From NCBI GenBank assembly GCA_002483345.1, contig DLHS01000003.1, positions 8,959-72,958 of the forward strand: DNA of 64,000 bases, in the 5' to 3' direction. Made by a program: the position numbers and the translations under genes. Shown piece after piece: positions 9,337 through 18,204 of this stretch; positions within the stretch are counted from its first letter, which is position 1, and each line of letters begins with the position of its first letter. The notes beneath the pieces are model-generated. The model did no database searches, was not told where the DNA came from, and saw only the letters and a list, made by a program, of their open reading frames with translations. The stretch is from Bacteroidetes bacterium UBA7662 (lineage in GTDB: Bacteria; Bacteroidota; Bacteroidia; UBA7662).

Positions 9337-11106
9337 GTGCTTATGAAAATTGAACGTCTCTTTGATATTCTCCCTTACCAGTTAGACCACCACCCACTCA
9401 AAGATGCCTTATCAGGCAAGGAAAACGGGAAGTGGGTATCGTATAGTACAGAAGAGGTAATTGCTGAGGCCAATGCCATCAGTCTTGGATTATTGGCTCT
9501 TGGGATAAAACCCGGTGATAAAATTGCCACCATCGCGAATAACCGGCCTGAATGGAATTTCACGGATATAGGCATACTGCAATTGGGCGCCATTCATGTT
9601 CCTATCTACCCTACCATTACAGATGAAGATTATACCTACATACTCAACCATGCGGAAGTAAAAATCATCTTTATTTCAAGTCAGGAGCTTTTCGACCGGA
9701 TTAGCAAAATCGCTGAAAACATTTCCTCCGTCGAGCATATCTTCACCTACAACACTGTAAAAGGGGCCAAACACTGGTCGGAAGTGAAAAAAGCAGGGGA
9801 AAGTGGCCAATTGGCTACCGTCAAAGACCTCATGAAGCAGGTCAAATCGGAAGATCTGGCAACCATCATCTATACTTCCGGTACAACCGGTTTCCCTAAA
9901 GGCGTCATGCTGAGCCACCGCAATGTGGTGAGCAATGTAGCTGCCTCCGAGCCAAGGGTTCCGTGCAGTCCGGGAGAGCGTTCGCTGAGTTTTCTCCCGC
10001 TCTGCCACATTTACGAGCGTATGTTAACCTATCTGATGATGTACCGGTCTATCAGTATTTATTACGCTGAAAGTATGGAAACCATCGGTGACAACCTCAA
10101 AGAGGTAAAGCCGCATGTATTCTCTTCTGTCCCGCGTTTGTTGGAAAAGGTTTACGATAAAATTGTTTCGAAAGGCCATGAACTCACGGGCGTGAAAAAA
10201 TCTCTGTTCTTCTGGGCATTAAATCTGGGTTTACGGTATGAACTCAACGGAGCCAATGGCTGGTGGTATGAAGCCCAGTTAAAGCTGGCCAACAAAATCA
10301 TCTTTTCGAAATGGCGGGAGGCGCTGGGAGGTAATGTAAAAGCTATAGTGAGTGGTGCGGCAGCCCTGCAGCCTCGTCTGGCACGGGTCTTCTGGTCAGC
10401 GCAGATTCCGGTTCTGGAAGGTTACGGTCTTACCGAAACTTCGCCTGTTATTTCCGTAAACTACCTGAAAACCATGCAGGTAGAATTCGGTTCAGTGGGA
10501 CCTATTCTGGACGGAGTAGCGGTGAAAATCGCGGCCGACGGGGAGATTTTATGCAAAGGCCCCAACGTCATGATGGGTTATTACAAACGTCAGGAGCTTA
10601 CCGATGAAGTCATCGACCAGGAGGGCTGGTTCCACACCGGTGACATTGGCATGTTTACCGCCCAGGGAAATCTGAAAATCACCGACCGTAAAAAAGAAAT
10701 CTTTAAAACCTCCGGAGGTAAATACATCGCTCCACAGGTGATGGAAAACAAATTCAAAGAATCGCTGCTCATCGAACAACTCATGGTTTGTGGAGAAGGT
10801 AAAAACTTCCCCACCGCCCTGATTACCCCTTCGTGGGATAATCTGAAGTTCTGGTGCGAACACCATGGACTTTCGTATACCACTGATGCGGAAATGTTGA
10901 AGCATCCAAAAGTCATTGAAAAATTCCAGCACGAGGTAGATCACTTCAATGAAGGCTTCGGACAGTGGGAAAAAATAAAAAAATTCGCGCTGCTCCCGGT
11001 AACCTGGGCAGTTGATTCTGGTGAACTAACTGCCAAAATGAGCTTAAAACGAAAATACATACTGGATAAATTCAGAGCCGAGTATGAAAAACTCTATGCT
11101 GAGTAA
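9337..11106 (+). CDS. Long-chain fatty acid--CoA ligase
   Basis: IIYTSGTTGFPKG, EGYGLTET, WFHTGDIG, ITDRKKEIFKTSGGKYIAP. Confidence 0.93.
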   Translation: MLMKIERLFDILPYQLDHHPLKDALSGKENGKWVSYSTEEVIAEANAISLGLLALGIKPGDKIATIANNRPEWNFTDIGILQLGAIHVPIYPTITDEDYTYILNHAEVKIIFISSQELFDRISKIAENISSVEHIFTYNTVKGAKHWSEVKKAGESGQLATVKDLMKQVKSEDLATIIYTSGTTGFPKGVMLSHRNVVSNVAASEPRVPCSPGERSLSFLPLCHIYERMLTYLMMYRSISIYYAESMETIGDNLKEVKPHVFSSVPRLLEKVYDKIVSKGHELTGVKKSLFFWALNLGLRYELNGANGWWYEAQLKLANKIIFSKWREALGGNVKAIVSGAAALQPRLARVFWSAQIPVLEGYGLTETSPVISVNYLKTMQVEFGSVGPILDGVAVKIAADGEILCKGPNVMMGYYKRQELTDEVIDQEGWFHTGDIGMFTAQGNLKITDRKKEIFKTSGGKYIAPQVMENKFKESLLIEQLMVCGEGKNFPTALITPSWDNLKFWCEHHGLSYTTDAEMLKHPKVIEKFQHEVDHFNEGFGQWEKIKKFALLPVTWAVDSGELTAKMSLKRKYILDKFRAEYEKLYAE

Positions 11107-11152
11107 ACATCAGCGTAAATCATATCCAACCTGATAATCCGCTTTCAGTAAG

Positions 11153-11181
11153 GCGCCCTTCACAGGGGCGCTTTTTTTTTT
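11153..11181 (+). terminator. Rho-independent terminator
   Basis: gcgccctt-cac-aggggcgc followed by T10. Confidence 0.85.
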
Positions 11182-11198
11182 GCGGGGACAAAACTTTA

Positions 11199-11217
11199 CT
11201 TGCATATAATATGCAAG
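11199..11217. promoter_or_regulatory. Palindromic operator, probable MarR site
   Basis: Perfect 9-1-9 inverted repeat CTTGCATAT-A-ATATGCAAG, 24 nt upstream of the marR ATG. Confidence 0.62.
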
Positions 11218-11241
11218 CATATTATATTTAGGCATACTACT

Positions 11242-11727
11242 ATGGAATACATCGATCGCCCCAGCAGAAAGAAGCGCACCGTGTGCTTCGACATGAAACT
11301 TACCTGGCTCAACATCGCCCGTATGTACAATTTTGAAGCAGAGCATTATGGTTTGTCTGTTTCAGCTGCCTTCCTCCTGCTCCATATTGACGATGAAGGC
11401 ACCCAGGTTACTCAGCTGGCTCCCCTGCTTGGCATGGAAGCTTCGAGCATGACCCGTTTACTGAACAATATAGAAACCAACGGTTGGATTGAACGTCGCC
11501 GCGACAACAGCAATGACCGCAGGGCAGTTAAAATCTACCTTACTGACACAGGTAAAATAGCCCGTTCTGTTTCGAAAGAAAAAGTAAAACACTTCAACCA
11601 ACTGGTAGCGGATAAAGTTGGTGAAACCAACCTGGCACTGTTTTTCAAAGTCATTGACCAGATCAACGAGCTGATTCTGAACAACCATATTTTCGAAGAG
11701 AAACAAAATATTTCACTGCAAGCCTAA
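11242..11727 (+). CDS. MarR-family regulator of the beta-oxidation operon
   Basis: Winged HTH (LAPLLGMEASSMTRLLNNIETNGWIER...DRRAVKIYLTDTG); first gene of the fad cluster. Confidence 0.9.
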   Translation: MEYIDRPSRKKRTVCFDMKLTWLNIARMYNFEAEHYGLSVSAAFLLLHIDDEGTQVTQLAPLLGMEASSMTRLLNNIETNGWIERRRDNSNDRRAVKIYLTDTGKIARSVSKEKVKHFNQLVADKVGETNLALFFKVIDQINELILNNHIFEEKQNISLQA

Positions 11728-11747
11728 ACTTTAAGCATACCAATACC

Positions 11748-14150
11748 ATGCATAAAAATATCCAACATATCACCATACTTGGCTCAGGCATCATGGGCTC
11801 GCGTATCGCATGTCATTTCGCCAACATAGGCGTAAAAGTGCTGCTGCTCGATATGGTACCCCGGGAACTTCTACCCGAAGAGGCTGAAGCAGGTCTTGCC
11901 CTTGAAAATCCCAAAGTCCGTAACAGAATCGTTAACCAGTCACTGGAAAATGCTATAAAAAGTAATCCCGCTCCCCTTTATCACAAAAAATTCGCCAGTC
12001 TGATCAGCACTGGTAATTTTGACGACGACCTCTCCAAAATCACTCAAACCGATTGGATCATGGAGGTGGTAGTAGAGAATCTCAAAATCAAACAAAGCAT
12101 TTTTGAACGGGTAGAGCAATTCCGCAAACCGGGAACGCTCGTAACTTCCAATACCTCCGGCATCCCCATCCACATGATGAATGAAGGCCGTTCGGAAGAC
12201 TTCCGCAAGCACTTTTGCGGCACCCACTTCTTTAATCCACCCCGTTACCTGGCCTTGTTTGAAGTAATTCCCGGACCAGACACAGCACCTGAAATCATTG
12301 ATTTCCTGTTGCAATACGGCAAACAAAAACTCGGGAAAACCGCGGTGCTCGCCAAAGATACCCCTGCCTTTATCGCCAACCGGGTAGGCGTTTTCGGCAT
12401 CATGGCTTTGTTTAACGTACTCGATAAAATTGACCTCCCCCTCGAAGTCATTGACAAGCTTACCGGCCCGCTGGTCGGACGGCCAAAATCAGCCACCTTC
12501 CGCACCTGCGATGTAGTCGGGATAGACACGCTGGCTAAAGTTGCACAGGGGGTGGCCGACAATTGTCCTGAGGATGAATCTATCGGCCTTTTCAAACTGC
12601 CGGAGTTCCTTCAGAAAATGGTCGGGAACAACTGGCTGGGAGATAAAACGGGTCAGGGTTTTTACAAAAAAAGCAAAGGGGCAGACGGTAAAAAAGAGAT
12701 ACTCGCGCTGGATCTGAAAACACTTGAATACAAAGCACAGGAAAAAGTAAAATTTCCGCTGCTTGATCAGATTAAACAGGAAGACAACCTTAAAAAAAGA
12801 CTCAAACTGCTGGTGCAGTCGCCAGACAAAGCCGGTGAATTTTTCCGTTTGACTTATGCCCATCTCTTCCGTTACGTTTCACACCGCATTCCGGAGATTG
12901 CTGACGAACTGTACCGCATCGACGATGGCATGGTAGCCGGTTTTGGCTGGGAGATTGGTCCTTTCGAAAGCTGGGATGCCATCGGCCTGAACGACATGAA
13001 CAACCTCATGAAGCTGTACGGCTTGCCTGCGGCGCCCTGGGTAGATGAAATGCTGGCAGCAGGCCACACAAGTTTCTACAAGATTGAAAACAGTCAGAAG
13101 CTTTATTACGATATCCCTTCGAAAAGCTACAAAAACATCCCCGGTACCGAAAAACTGATTGTGCTGGATAACATCCGCAAAACCAATGTAGTCTGGAAGA
13201 ACAGCGGCACCAGTCTGTACGACCTGGGTGACGGCATCCTGAATATCGAATTCCATACCAAAATGAATGCCATTGGCAGTGAGGTCATCGCCGGCTTTAA
13301 CAAGGCGGTTGATCTGGCAGAAAAAGAATACCGAGGATTGGTAGTTGGCAACCAGGCGGCAGCCTTTTCGGCAGGTGCCAATCTCGGCATGGTATTCATG
13401 CTGGCGGTAGAACAGGAATACGATGAGCTGGATTTCGCCATCAGAGCTTTTCAGAAATTCACCATGCGGGCCCGTTATTCAAGCATACCGGTAGTGGTAG
13501 CTCCACATGGACTTACCCTGGGCGGTGGCTGTGAGCTTTCCCTGCATTCCGACGGCATCCAGGCTGCTGCCGAAACCTATATTGGTTTGGTGGAAGTAGG
13601 TGTCGGGGTGATCCCGGGAGGAGGAGGCACCAAAGAAATGGCTTTAAGGGTATCTGACAGCTTTGAAGCAGGCGATGTGGAGCTGAACAATCTCCAGAGT
13701 GCCTTCATGAACATTGCCACTGCCAAGGTAGCCACCTCTGCCTATGAGGCCTTTGATATGAATTACCTCCGCCGTGGCGACCGGGTAAGTATACATCTCC
13801 CCTCACAGCTGGCCGATGCCAAACGTTTTGCCATCGACCTTGCCGAGGCCGGCTATGTGATGCCACAAACCCGCAATGACATCAAAGTTATGGGCAAATC
13901 AGGCATGGCACTGTTTATGGCTGGTATAAACGGCATGAAGATGGGTAACTACATCAGCGAACACGATCAGAAAATCGCTGAAAAACTGGCCTGGGTCATC
14001 TGCGGCGGCGACCTCTCCTACCCGCAAATGGTCTCCGAACAATACCTCCTCGACCTCGAAAGAGAAGCCTTCCTGAGCCTCCTGGGCGAAAAGAAAACCC
14101 TGGAACGCATTCAGTCGGTGCTCAAGTCCGGCAAGCCACTTCGTAATTAG
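11748..14150 (+). CDS. fadN: 3-hydroxyacyl-CoA dehydrogenase / enoyl-CoA hydratase (FadN-like)
   Basis: GSGIMG NAD-binding motif, SNTSG, HFFNPPRY, C-terminal crotonase domain (LGGGCE). Confidence 0.92.
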   Translation: MHKNIQHITILGSGIMGSRIACHFANIGVKVLLLDMVPRELLPEEAEAGLALENPKVRNRIVNQSLENAIKSNPAPLYHKKFASLISTGNFDDDLSKITQTDWIMEVVVENLKIKQSIFERVEQFRKPGTLVTSNTSGIPIHMMNEGRSEDFRKHFCGTHFFNPPRYLALFEVIPGPDTAPEIIDFLLQYGKQKLGKTAVLAKDTPAFIANRVGVFGIMALFNVLDKIDLPLEVIDKLTGPLVGRPKSATFRTCDVVGIDTLAKVAQGVADNCPEDESIGLFKLPEFLQKMVGNNWLGDKTGQGFYKKSKGADGKKEILALDLKTLEYKAQEKVKFPLLDQIKQEDNLKKRLKLLVQSPDKAGEFFRLTYAHLFRYVSHRIPEIADELYRIDDGMVAGFGWEIGPFESWDAIGLNDMNNLMKLYGLPAAPWVDEMLAAGHTSFYKIENSQKLYYDIPSKSYKNIPGTEKLIVLDNIRKTNVVWKNSGTSLYDLGDGILNIEFHTKMNAIGSEVIAGFNKAVDLAEKEYRGLVVGNQAAAFSAGANLGMVFMLAVEQEYDELDFAIRAFQKFTMRARYSSIPVVVAPHGLTLGGGCELSLHSDGIQAAAETYIGLVEVGVGVIPGGGGTKEMALRVSDSFEAGDVELNNLQSAFMNIATAKVATSAYEAFDMNYLRRGDRVSIHLPSQLADAKRFAIDLAEAGYVMPQTRNDIKVMGKSGMALFMAGINGMKMGNYISEHDQKIAEKLAWVICGGDLSYPQMVSEQYLLDLEREAFLSLLGEKKTLERIQSVLKSGKPLRN

Positions 14151-14151
14151 C

Positions 14152-14193
14152 AGTAGTTAGTATAGAGTAGTTAGTATTAAGTAGTAAGTATGT
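14152..14193. repeat. Heptamer array, 6x AGTAnnn (left arm)
   Basis: agtagtt agtatag agtagtt agtatta agtagta agtatgt, starting 1 nt after the fadN stop. Confidence 0.85.
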
Positions 14194-14212
14194 ATAAATA
14201 AGTTTTGGAACT

Positions 14213-14593
14213 ATGGGCTCACATCAGTTTAAGGAATTGAAGGTTTGGCAAAAAAGCATGGAGCTTGTGGAGCATATTTATGCTATCAGCTATCTGTTCC
14301 CCAAAATGGAACAGTTTGGATTAGTTTCTCAGATGCGCCGTTCTTCCGTTTCCATTCCTTCCAACATAGCAGAAGGAGCAGGACGGAATTCGACCAAAGA
14401 CTTCGACCATTTTCTGAGCATGGCAAACGGGTCTGCCTATGAGCTCGAAACACAACTGATGATCGCTCAGCGGCTGGATTACCTGTCGACCGAGAAACTA
14501 CAACTCCTTGCTTCAATACTCACAGAAATCACCAAAATGATTTTCTCGCTCAAAAAATCACTACACCAAACCCCCCAACACACCCACAACTAA
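14213..14593 (+). CDS. Four helix bundle protein (23S rRNA IVS protein / Avd-like family)
   Basis: FKELKVWQKS...FPKMEQFGLVSQMRRSSVSIPSNIAEGAGR...FLSMANGSAYELETQL is the characteristic family motif. Confidence 0.93.
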   Translation: MGSHQFKELKVWQKSMELVEHIYAISYLFPKMEQFGLVSQMRRSSVSIPSNIAEGAGRNSTKDFDHFLSMANGSAYELETQLMIAQRLDYLSTEKLQLLASILTEITKMIFSLKKSLHQTPQHTHN

Positions 14594-14721
14594 AAAAAGT
14601 GTGCAAGCACCACAACAACTCGATACTAAATAAAAGGTGCGCAAGCACCGCAACAACTCGATACTAAATACTAAAAAGGTGCGCAAGCACCGCAACAACT
14701 CGATACTAAATACTAAATACT
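14591..14721. repeat. Three tandem 40-42 bp repeats with GGTGC-GCAA-GCACC hairpin and nnnTACT heptamers (right arm)
   Basis: Copies at 14591-14630, 14631-14671 and 14672-14713 (taaaaaggtgcgcaagcaccgcaacaactcgatactaaatac), then an extra aaatact unit. Confidence 0.93.
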
Positions 14722-14722
14722 C

Positions 14723-15898
14723 ATGAACGCATATATAGTAGCAGCCTACCGCACTGCCGTTGGCAAGGCCGGAAAAGGCGGATTCCGATTTACCCGGCCC
14801 GATGATCTCGCGGCAGACGTCATCAAACACCTGGTGGCCTCTGTGCCTGCCCTTGATCCTGTGCGGATAGATGACCTCATCGTAGGCAATGCCGTACCGG
14901 AAGCAGAGCAAGGTATGCAGATGGGCCGGATGATTTCACTGCTTTCCTTGCCAATCAATGTACCGGGTATGATCGTGAACCGTTATTGCGGTTCCGGTCT
15001 GGAAGCCATCGCCATTGCCAGCACACGCATCCATGCCGGGCTGGCCGACTGCATCATCGCGGGTGGCACTGAATCCATGAGCATGGTGCCTGTCATGGGT
15101 TTTAAAACAGCCCTGAACTACAAGCTCGCCTCAGAACATCCCGATTATTACACTTCCATGGGCCTGACAGCAGAACAGGTTGCCGGCAAGTATGGTATCA
15201 GCCGTGAAGATCAGGACGCGTTCGCGCTTGCCTCCCATAAGAAAGCGCTTGCAGCCATTGAAGCAGGCAAATTCAAAGAGGAAATCGTGCCAATTACAGT
15301 CAGAGAAACCTATATAGATGCCAACATGAAGAAAAAAACACGGGAATATGTAGTGGATACCGATGAAGGTCCCCGCAAGGAAACATCTCCCGAAGCGCTG
15401 GCGAAACTCAAGCCAGTTTTTGCTGCCGGTGGGTCAGTTACAGCCGGAAACTCCTCTCAAACCTCCGACGGAGCCTCTTTTGTCCTGGTGATGTCGGAAA
15501 AAATGGTCAACGAGCTGGGACTGAAACCTATTGCGCGCATGGTTTCTTATGTGGCACAGGGAGTTGACCCGCGGTACATGGGCATAGGACCGGTTGCTGC
15601 TATTCCGCTGGCACTCAAACGGGCGGGGCTGAAGCAATCAGACATACAACAAATCGAGTTAAACGAGGCATTTGCCGCCCAATCACTCGCGGTTATACGT
15701 CAGCTTGAACTTGATCCGGCCATCATCAACCTGAATGGTGGCGCCATTGCACTCGGACACCCGCTGGGTTGTTCCGGCGCCAAACTTTCGGTACAGCTCT
15801 TCAACGAGATGCGCCGACGTAAGCAGCAATACGGTATGGTCAGCGCCTGTGTAGGCGGTGGTCAGGGGGTAGCCGGTATCTATGAATTCCTGAACTAA
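14723..15898 (+). CDS. fadA: Acetyl-CoA C-acyltransferase (3-ketoacyl-CoA thiolase)
   Basis: NRYCGSG, NEAFA, GGAIALGHPLG, CVGGGQG. Confidence 0.94.
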   Translation: MNAYIVAAYRTAVGKAGKGGFRFTRPDDLAADVIKHLVASVPALDPVRIDDLIVGNAVPEAEQGMQMGRMISLLSLPINVPGMIVNRYCGSGLEAIAIASTRIHAGLADCIIAGGTESMSMVPVMGFKTALNYKLASEHPDYYTSMGLTAEQVAGKYGISREDQDAFALASHKKALAAIEAGKFKEEIVPITVRETYIDANMKKKTREYVVDTDEGPRKETSPEALAKLKPVFAAGGSVTAGNSSQTSDGASFVLVMSEKMVNELGLKPIARMVSYVAQGVDPRYMGIGPVAAIPLALKRAGLKQSDIQQIELNEAFAAQSLAVIRQLELDPAIINLNGGAIALGHPLGCSGAKLSVQLFNEMRRRKQQYGMVSACVGGGQGVAGIYEFLN

Positions 15899-15918
15899 TT
15901 TATTTAAAACGACATACG

Positions 15919-17721
15919 ATGGAAACTGAAACAAAAAAGAACCTCCGTGGAGGTGAGTGGCTGGTAAAAGATCAGCCGGCCAGCGACATATTTATCCGGG
16001 AAGATTTTTCCGAAGAACAGTTAATGATGTTCGAAGCTACCAAGGAATTTATGAAGACCGAAGTGGCTCCCAACCTCAATCGCTTCGAAAAAGGCGATTA
16101 CGCCCTGGTAGAAAGCCTGATGAAAAAAGCAGGTGAGATGGGCCTCCTGGGTATCAGTGTCCCGCAGGAATATGGTGGTCTGGGTATGGGCTTTAACACC
16201 TCCATGCTTATTTGTGAAGAAATATCCAGCATGACTGGTTCGCTCGCAACGGCTTTCGGAGCGCATACCGGAATAGGTACACTACCCATTCAGTATTATG
16301 CCAGTGAAGCCCTCAAACAAAAATTCATCCCGAAAATTGCCTCAGGCGAATGGATCAGCTGTTACAATCTCACGGAACCAGATGCCGGATCAGATGCTAA
16401 TTCTGGCAAAACCAAGGCAGTGCTGACTGCAGATGGCAGGCACTATGAAATTACCGGCCAAAAAATATGGATTTCAAACGCCGGCTTTGCAGATGTATTT
16501 ATTGTTTTTGCCCGCATTGAAGACGATAAAAACATCACCGGTTTTGTATTCCACAAAGATGAAGTAACCGGACTGTCGCTGAACGATGAAGAACATAAAC
16601 TGGGACTCAAGTCTTCCTCTACCCGCCAGGTATTTTATGACAAAGTAAAAGTACCTGCCGAAAGTATGCTGGCAGAGCGTGGCGAGGGTTTTAAAATTGC
16701 CGTCAATGCCCTCAATGCAGGACGGATCAAACTGGGTGCGGCAGTAGTAGGCGCAGGCTTCAAAGTAATAGGCCTGGCAGTGAACTACGCCAATGAGCGT
16801 AAACAATTCGGCACTACCATCGGAAACTTCGGTGCCATTCAGCATAAACTGGCAGAAATGGCAACCCTGGCCTATGTAGCAGATGCGGCACTTTACCGGG
16901 CAGGTCAGGACATCGAAGACAACCAGAATCGCCTGCTCGCCAAAGGACTTCCTGAAGCGGAAGCCAAACTCAAAGGCATTGAGGAATATGCGGTAGAATG
17001 CGCCATCATCAAGGTATTCTGCTCTGAAGCTATGGCCTATATCGCCGATGAAGGCGTACAGATTTACGGCGGCATGGGCTATTCAGCCGATGCGCCCATG
17101 GAAGCTGCCTACCGCGATGCCCGTATCAGTCGCATTTATGAGGGGACCAACGAAATCAACCGCATGCTCACAGTGGATATGCTGCTGCGCAAAGCCCTCA
17201 AAGGTCAGCTCGATCTTGTGGGGCCTGCCATGAAAGTAGCCCAGGAACTGATGGACATTCCTGATTTTGGGGCGGAAGAGGAAACCGGCTTGTTTGTAGC
17301 AGAGAAAAAAGTGCTGAAAAATCTGAAGAAAGCCACTTTGCTGGTCGCCGGTGCTGCCGTTCAGAAATTCGCCACCAAACTCGAACAAGAGCAGGAAATT
17401 CTGATGCAGGTAGCCGATATGGCCATTGAAGTCTATGTACTTGAATCTGCCTTGCTCAAGACAGAAAAACTGGTTGGTCGTATAGGCCTGGAAGCTTGTA
17501 CCGAACGCGTCGACATGGTGATAAACTACACCCACCGAGCAGCCAACAAAGTTAATGTGGCAGGCAAAGAAGCTGTTTTTGCCATTGCAGAGGGAGATGA
17601 GCAACGTATGATGCTTTTAGGGCTCAAACGTTTCACCAAAACAGAAGCGGTAAATCTCAAGGAAGTGCGTCGCCGTATAGCTGCCAAAATACTGGCCGAA
17701 AACAAATATTGCTTCGCCTGA
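15919..17721 (+). CDS. Acyl-CoA dehydrogenase
   Basis: LTEPDAGSD, KIWISN, RKQFG, GGMGY, IYEGTNEI. Confidence 0.94.
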   Translation: METETKKNLRGGEWLVKDQPASDIFIREDFSEEQLMMFEATKEFMKTEVAPNLNRFEKGDYALVESLMKKAGEMGLLGISVPQEYGGLGMGFNTSMLICEEISSMTGSLATAFGAHTGIGTLPIQYYASEALKQKFIPKIASGEWISCYNLTEPDAGSDANSGKTKAVLTADGRHYEITGQKIWISNAGFADVFIVFARIEDDKNITGFVFHKDEVTGLSLNDEEHKLGLKSSSTRQVFYDKVKVPAESMLAERGEGFKIAVNALNAGRIKLGAAVVGAGFKVIGLAVNYANERKQFGTTIGNFGAIQHKLAEMATLAYVADAALYRAGQDIEDNQNRLLAKGLPEAEAKLKGIEEYAVECAIIKVFCSEAMAYIADEGVQIYGGMGYSADAPMEAAYRDARISRIYEGTNEINRMLTVDMLLRKALKGQLDLVGPAMKVAQELMDIPDFGAEEETGLFVAEKKVLKNLKKATLLVAGAAVQKFATKLEQEQEILMQVADMAIEVYVLESALLKTEKLVGRIGLEACTERVDMVINYTHRAANKVNVAGKEAVFAIAEGDEQRMMLLGLKRFTKTEAVNLKEVRRRIAAKILAENKYCFA

Positions 17722-17727
17722 TAGGTT

Positions 17728-17906
17728 AGACATCGAGAGGGTGAGATACAAGAGACAAGACGGGCTTTCCCTGAGTCTGTCATTCCGGGTAGGTTTGGTA
17801 AAAAATGAGCACCACCAACCTCATCGAGAAAGACAGACCGAAGCCATACAAAAACCAGTTTCGCCCTCTCGTATCTCGTATCTCGTATCTCGTATCTCGC
17901 CCTCTC
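17728..17906. repeat. Inverted heptamer element (nnCGAGA-type left arm 17728-17760, TCTCGnn right arm 17867-17906)
   Basis: Left arm begins AGACATCGAGA. 17735-17760 is complementary to 17881-17906 at 22/26 positions. Confidence 0.85.
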
Positions 17907-17926
17907 AAACCCTAAAAATCCAAAAA

Positions 17927-18199
17927 ATGCACCTCTTCCTCGTACACCTCGGTTATTACGATGACCTCAGCGCCGGCGTTTTTGAATCACATACCAATCT
18001 GTTTGTTGTAGCAGATGATTGGGAAGACGCCCGTGCCAAAGCCAAAGCCCTGCCGGTAGTTGTTGAAAAAAGGATGCATATTGACGGACTGCAGAAAATT
18101 GAAAAAGTAGACGGTTACCGGATCAGCTTACAGGAAGAAGCCGGAGAAAACCAGATTAACAGCTTCCACTTCAGGGAATTGGGCAAAAAACCAGACTGA
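17927..18199 (+). CDS. DUF1543-like small protein
   Basis: MHLFLVHLGYY...ESH..LFVVA....A...AK...HIDGL..IEKVDGY pattern. The upstream ORF extension runs through the repeat and is discarded. Confidence 0.72.
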   Translation: MHLFLVHLGYYDDLSAGVFESHTNLFVVADDWEDARAKAKALPVVVEKRMHIDGLQKIEKVDGYRISLQEEAGENQINSFHFRELGKKPD

Positions 18200-18204
18200 T
18201 TATT

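Noticed and set aside
14213-14593. Diversity-generating retroelement (Avd-like gene plus hairpins)
   Set aside because: No reverse transcriptase and no TR/VR pair with adenine-specific differences was seen.
14591-14713. Mini CRISPR array
   Set aside because: The repeats are contiguous with no unique spacers, and no cas genes are present in the window.
14152-14721. 23S rRNA gene with an intervening sequence
   Set aside because: Both flanks are protein-coding fad genes; no rRNA sequence is present.
17741-17926. N-terminal extension of the DUF1543-like ORF
   Set aside because: It reads through the repeat element (SRISYLVSRIS); the domain starts at ATG 17927.
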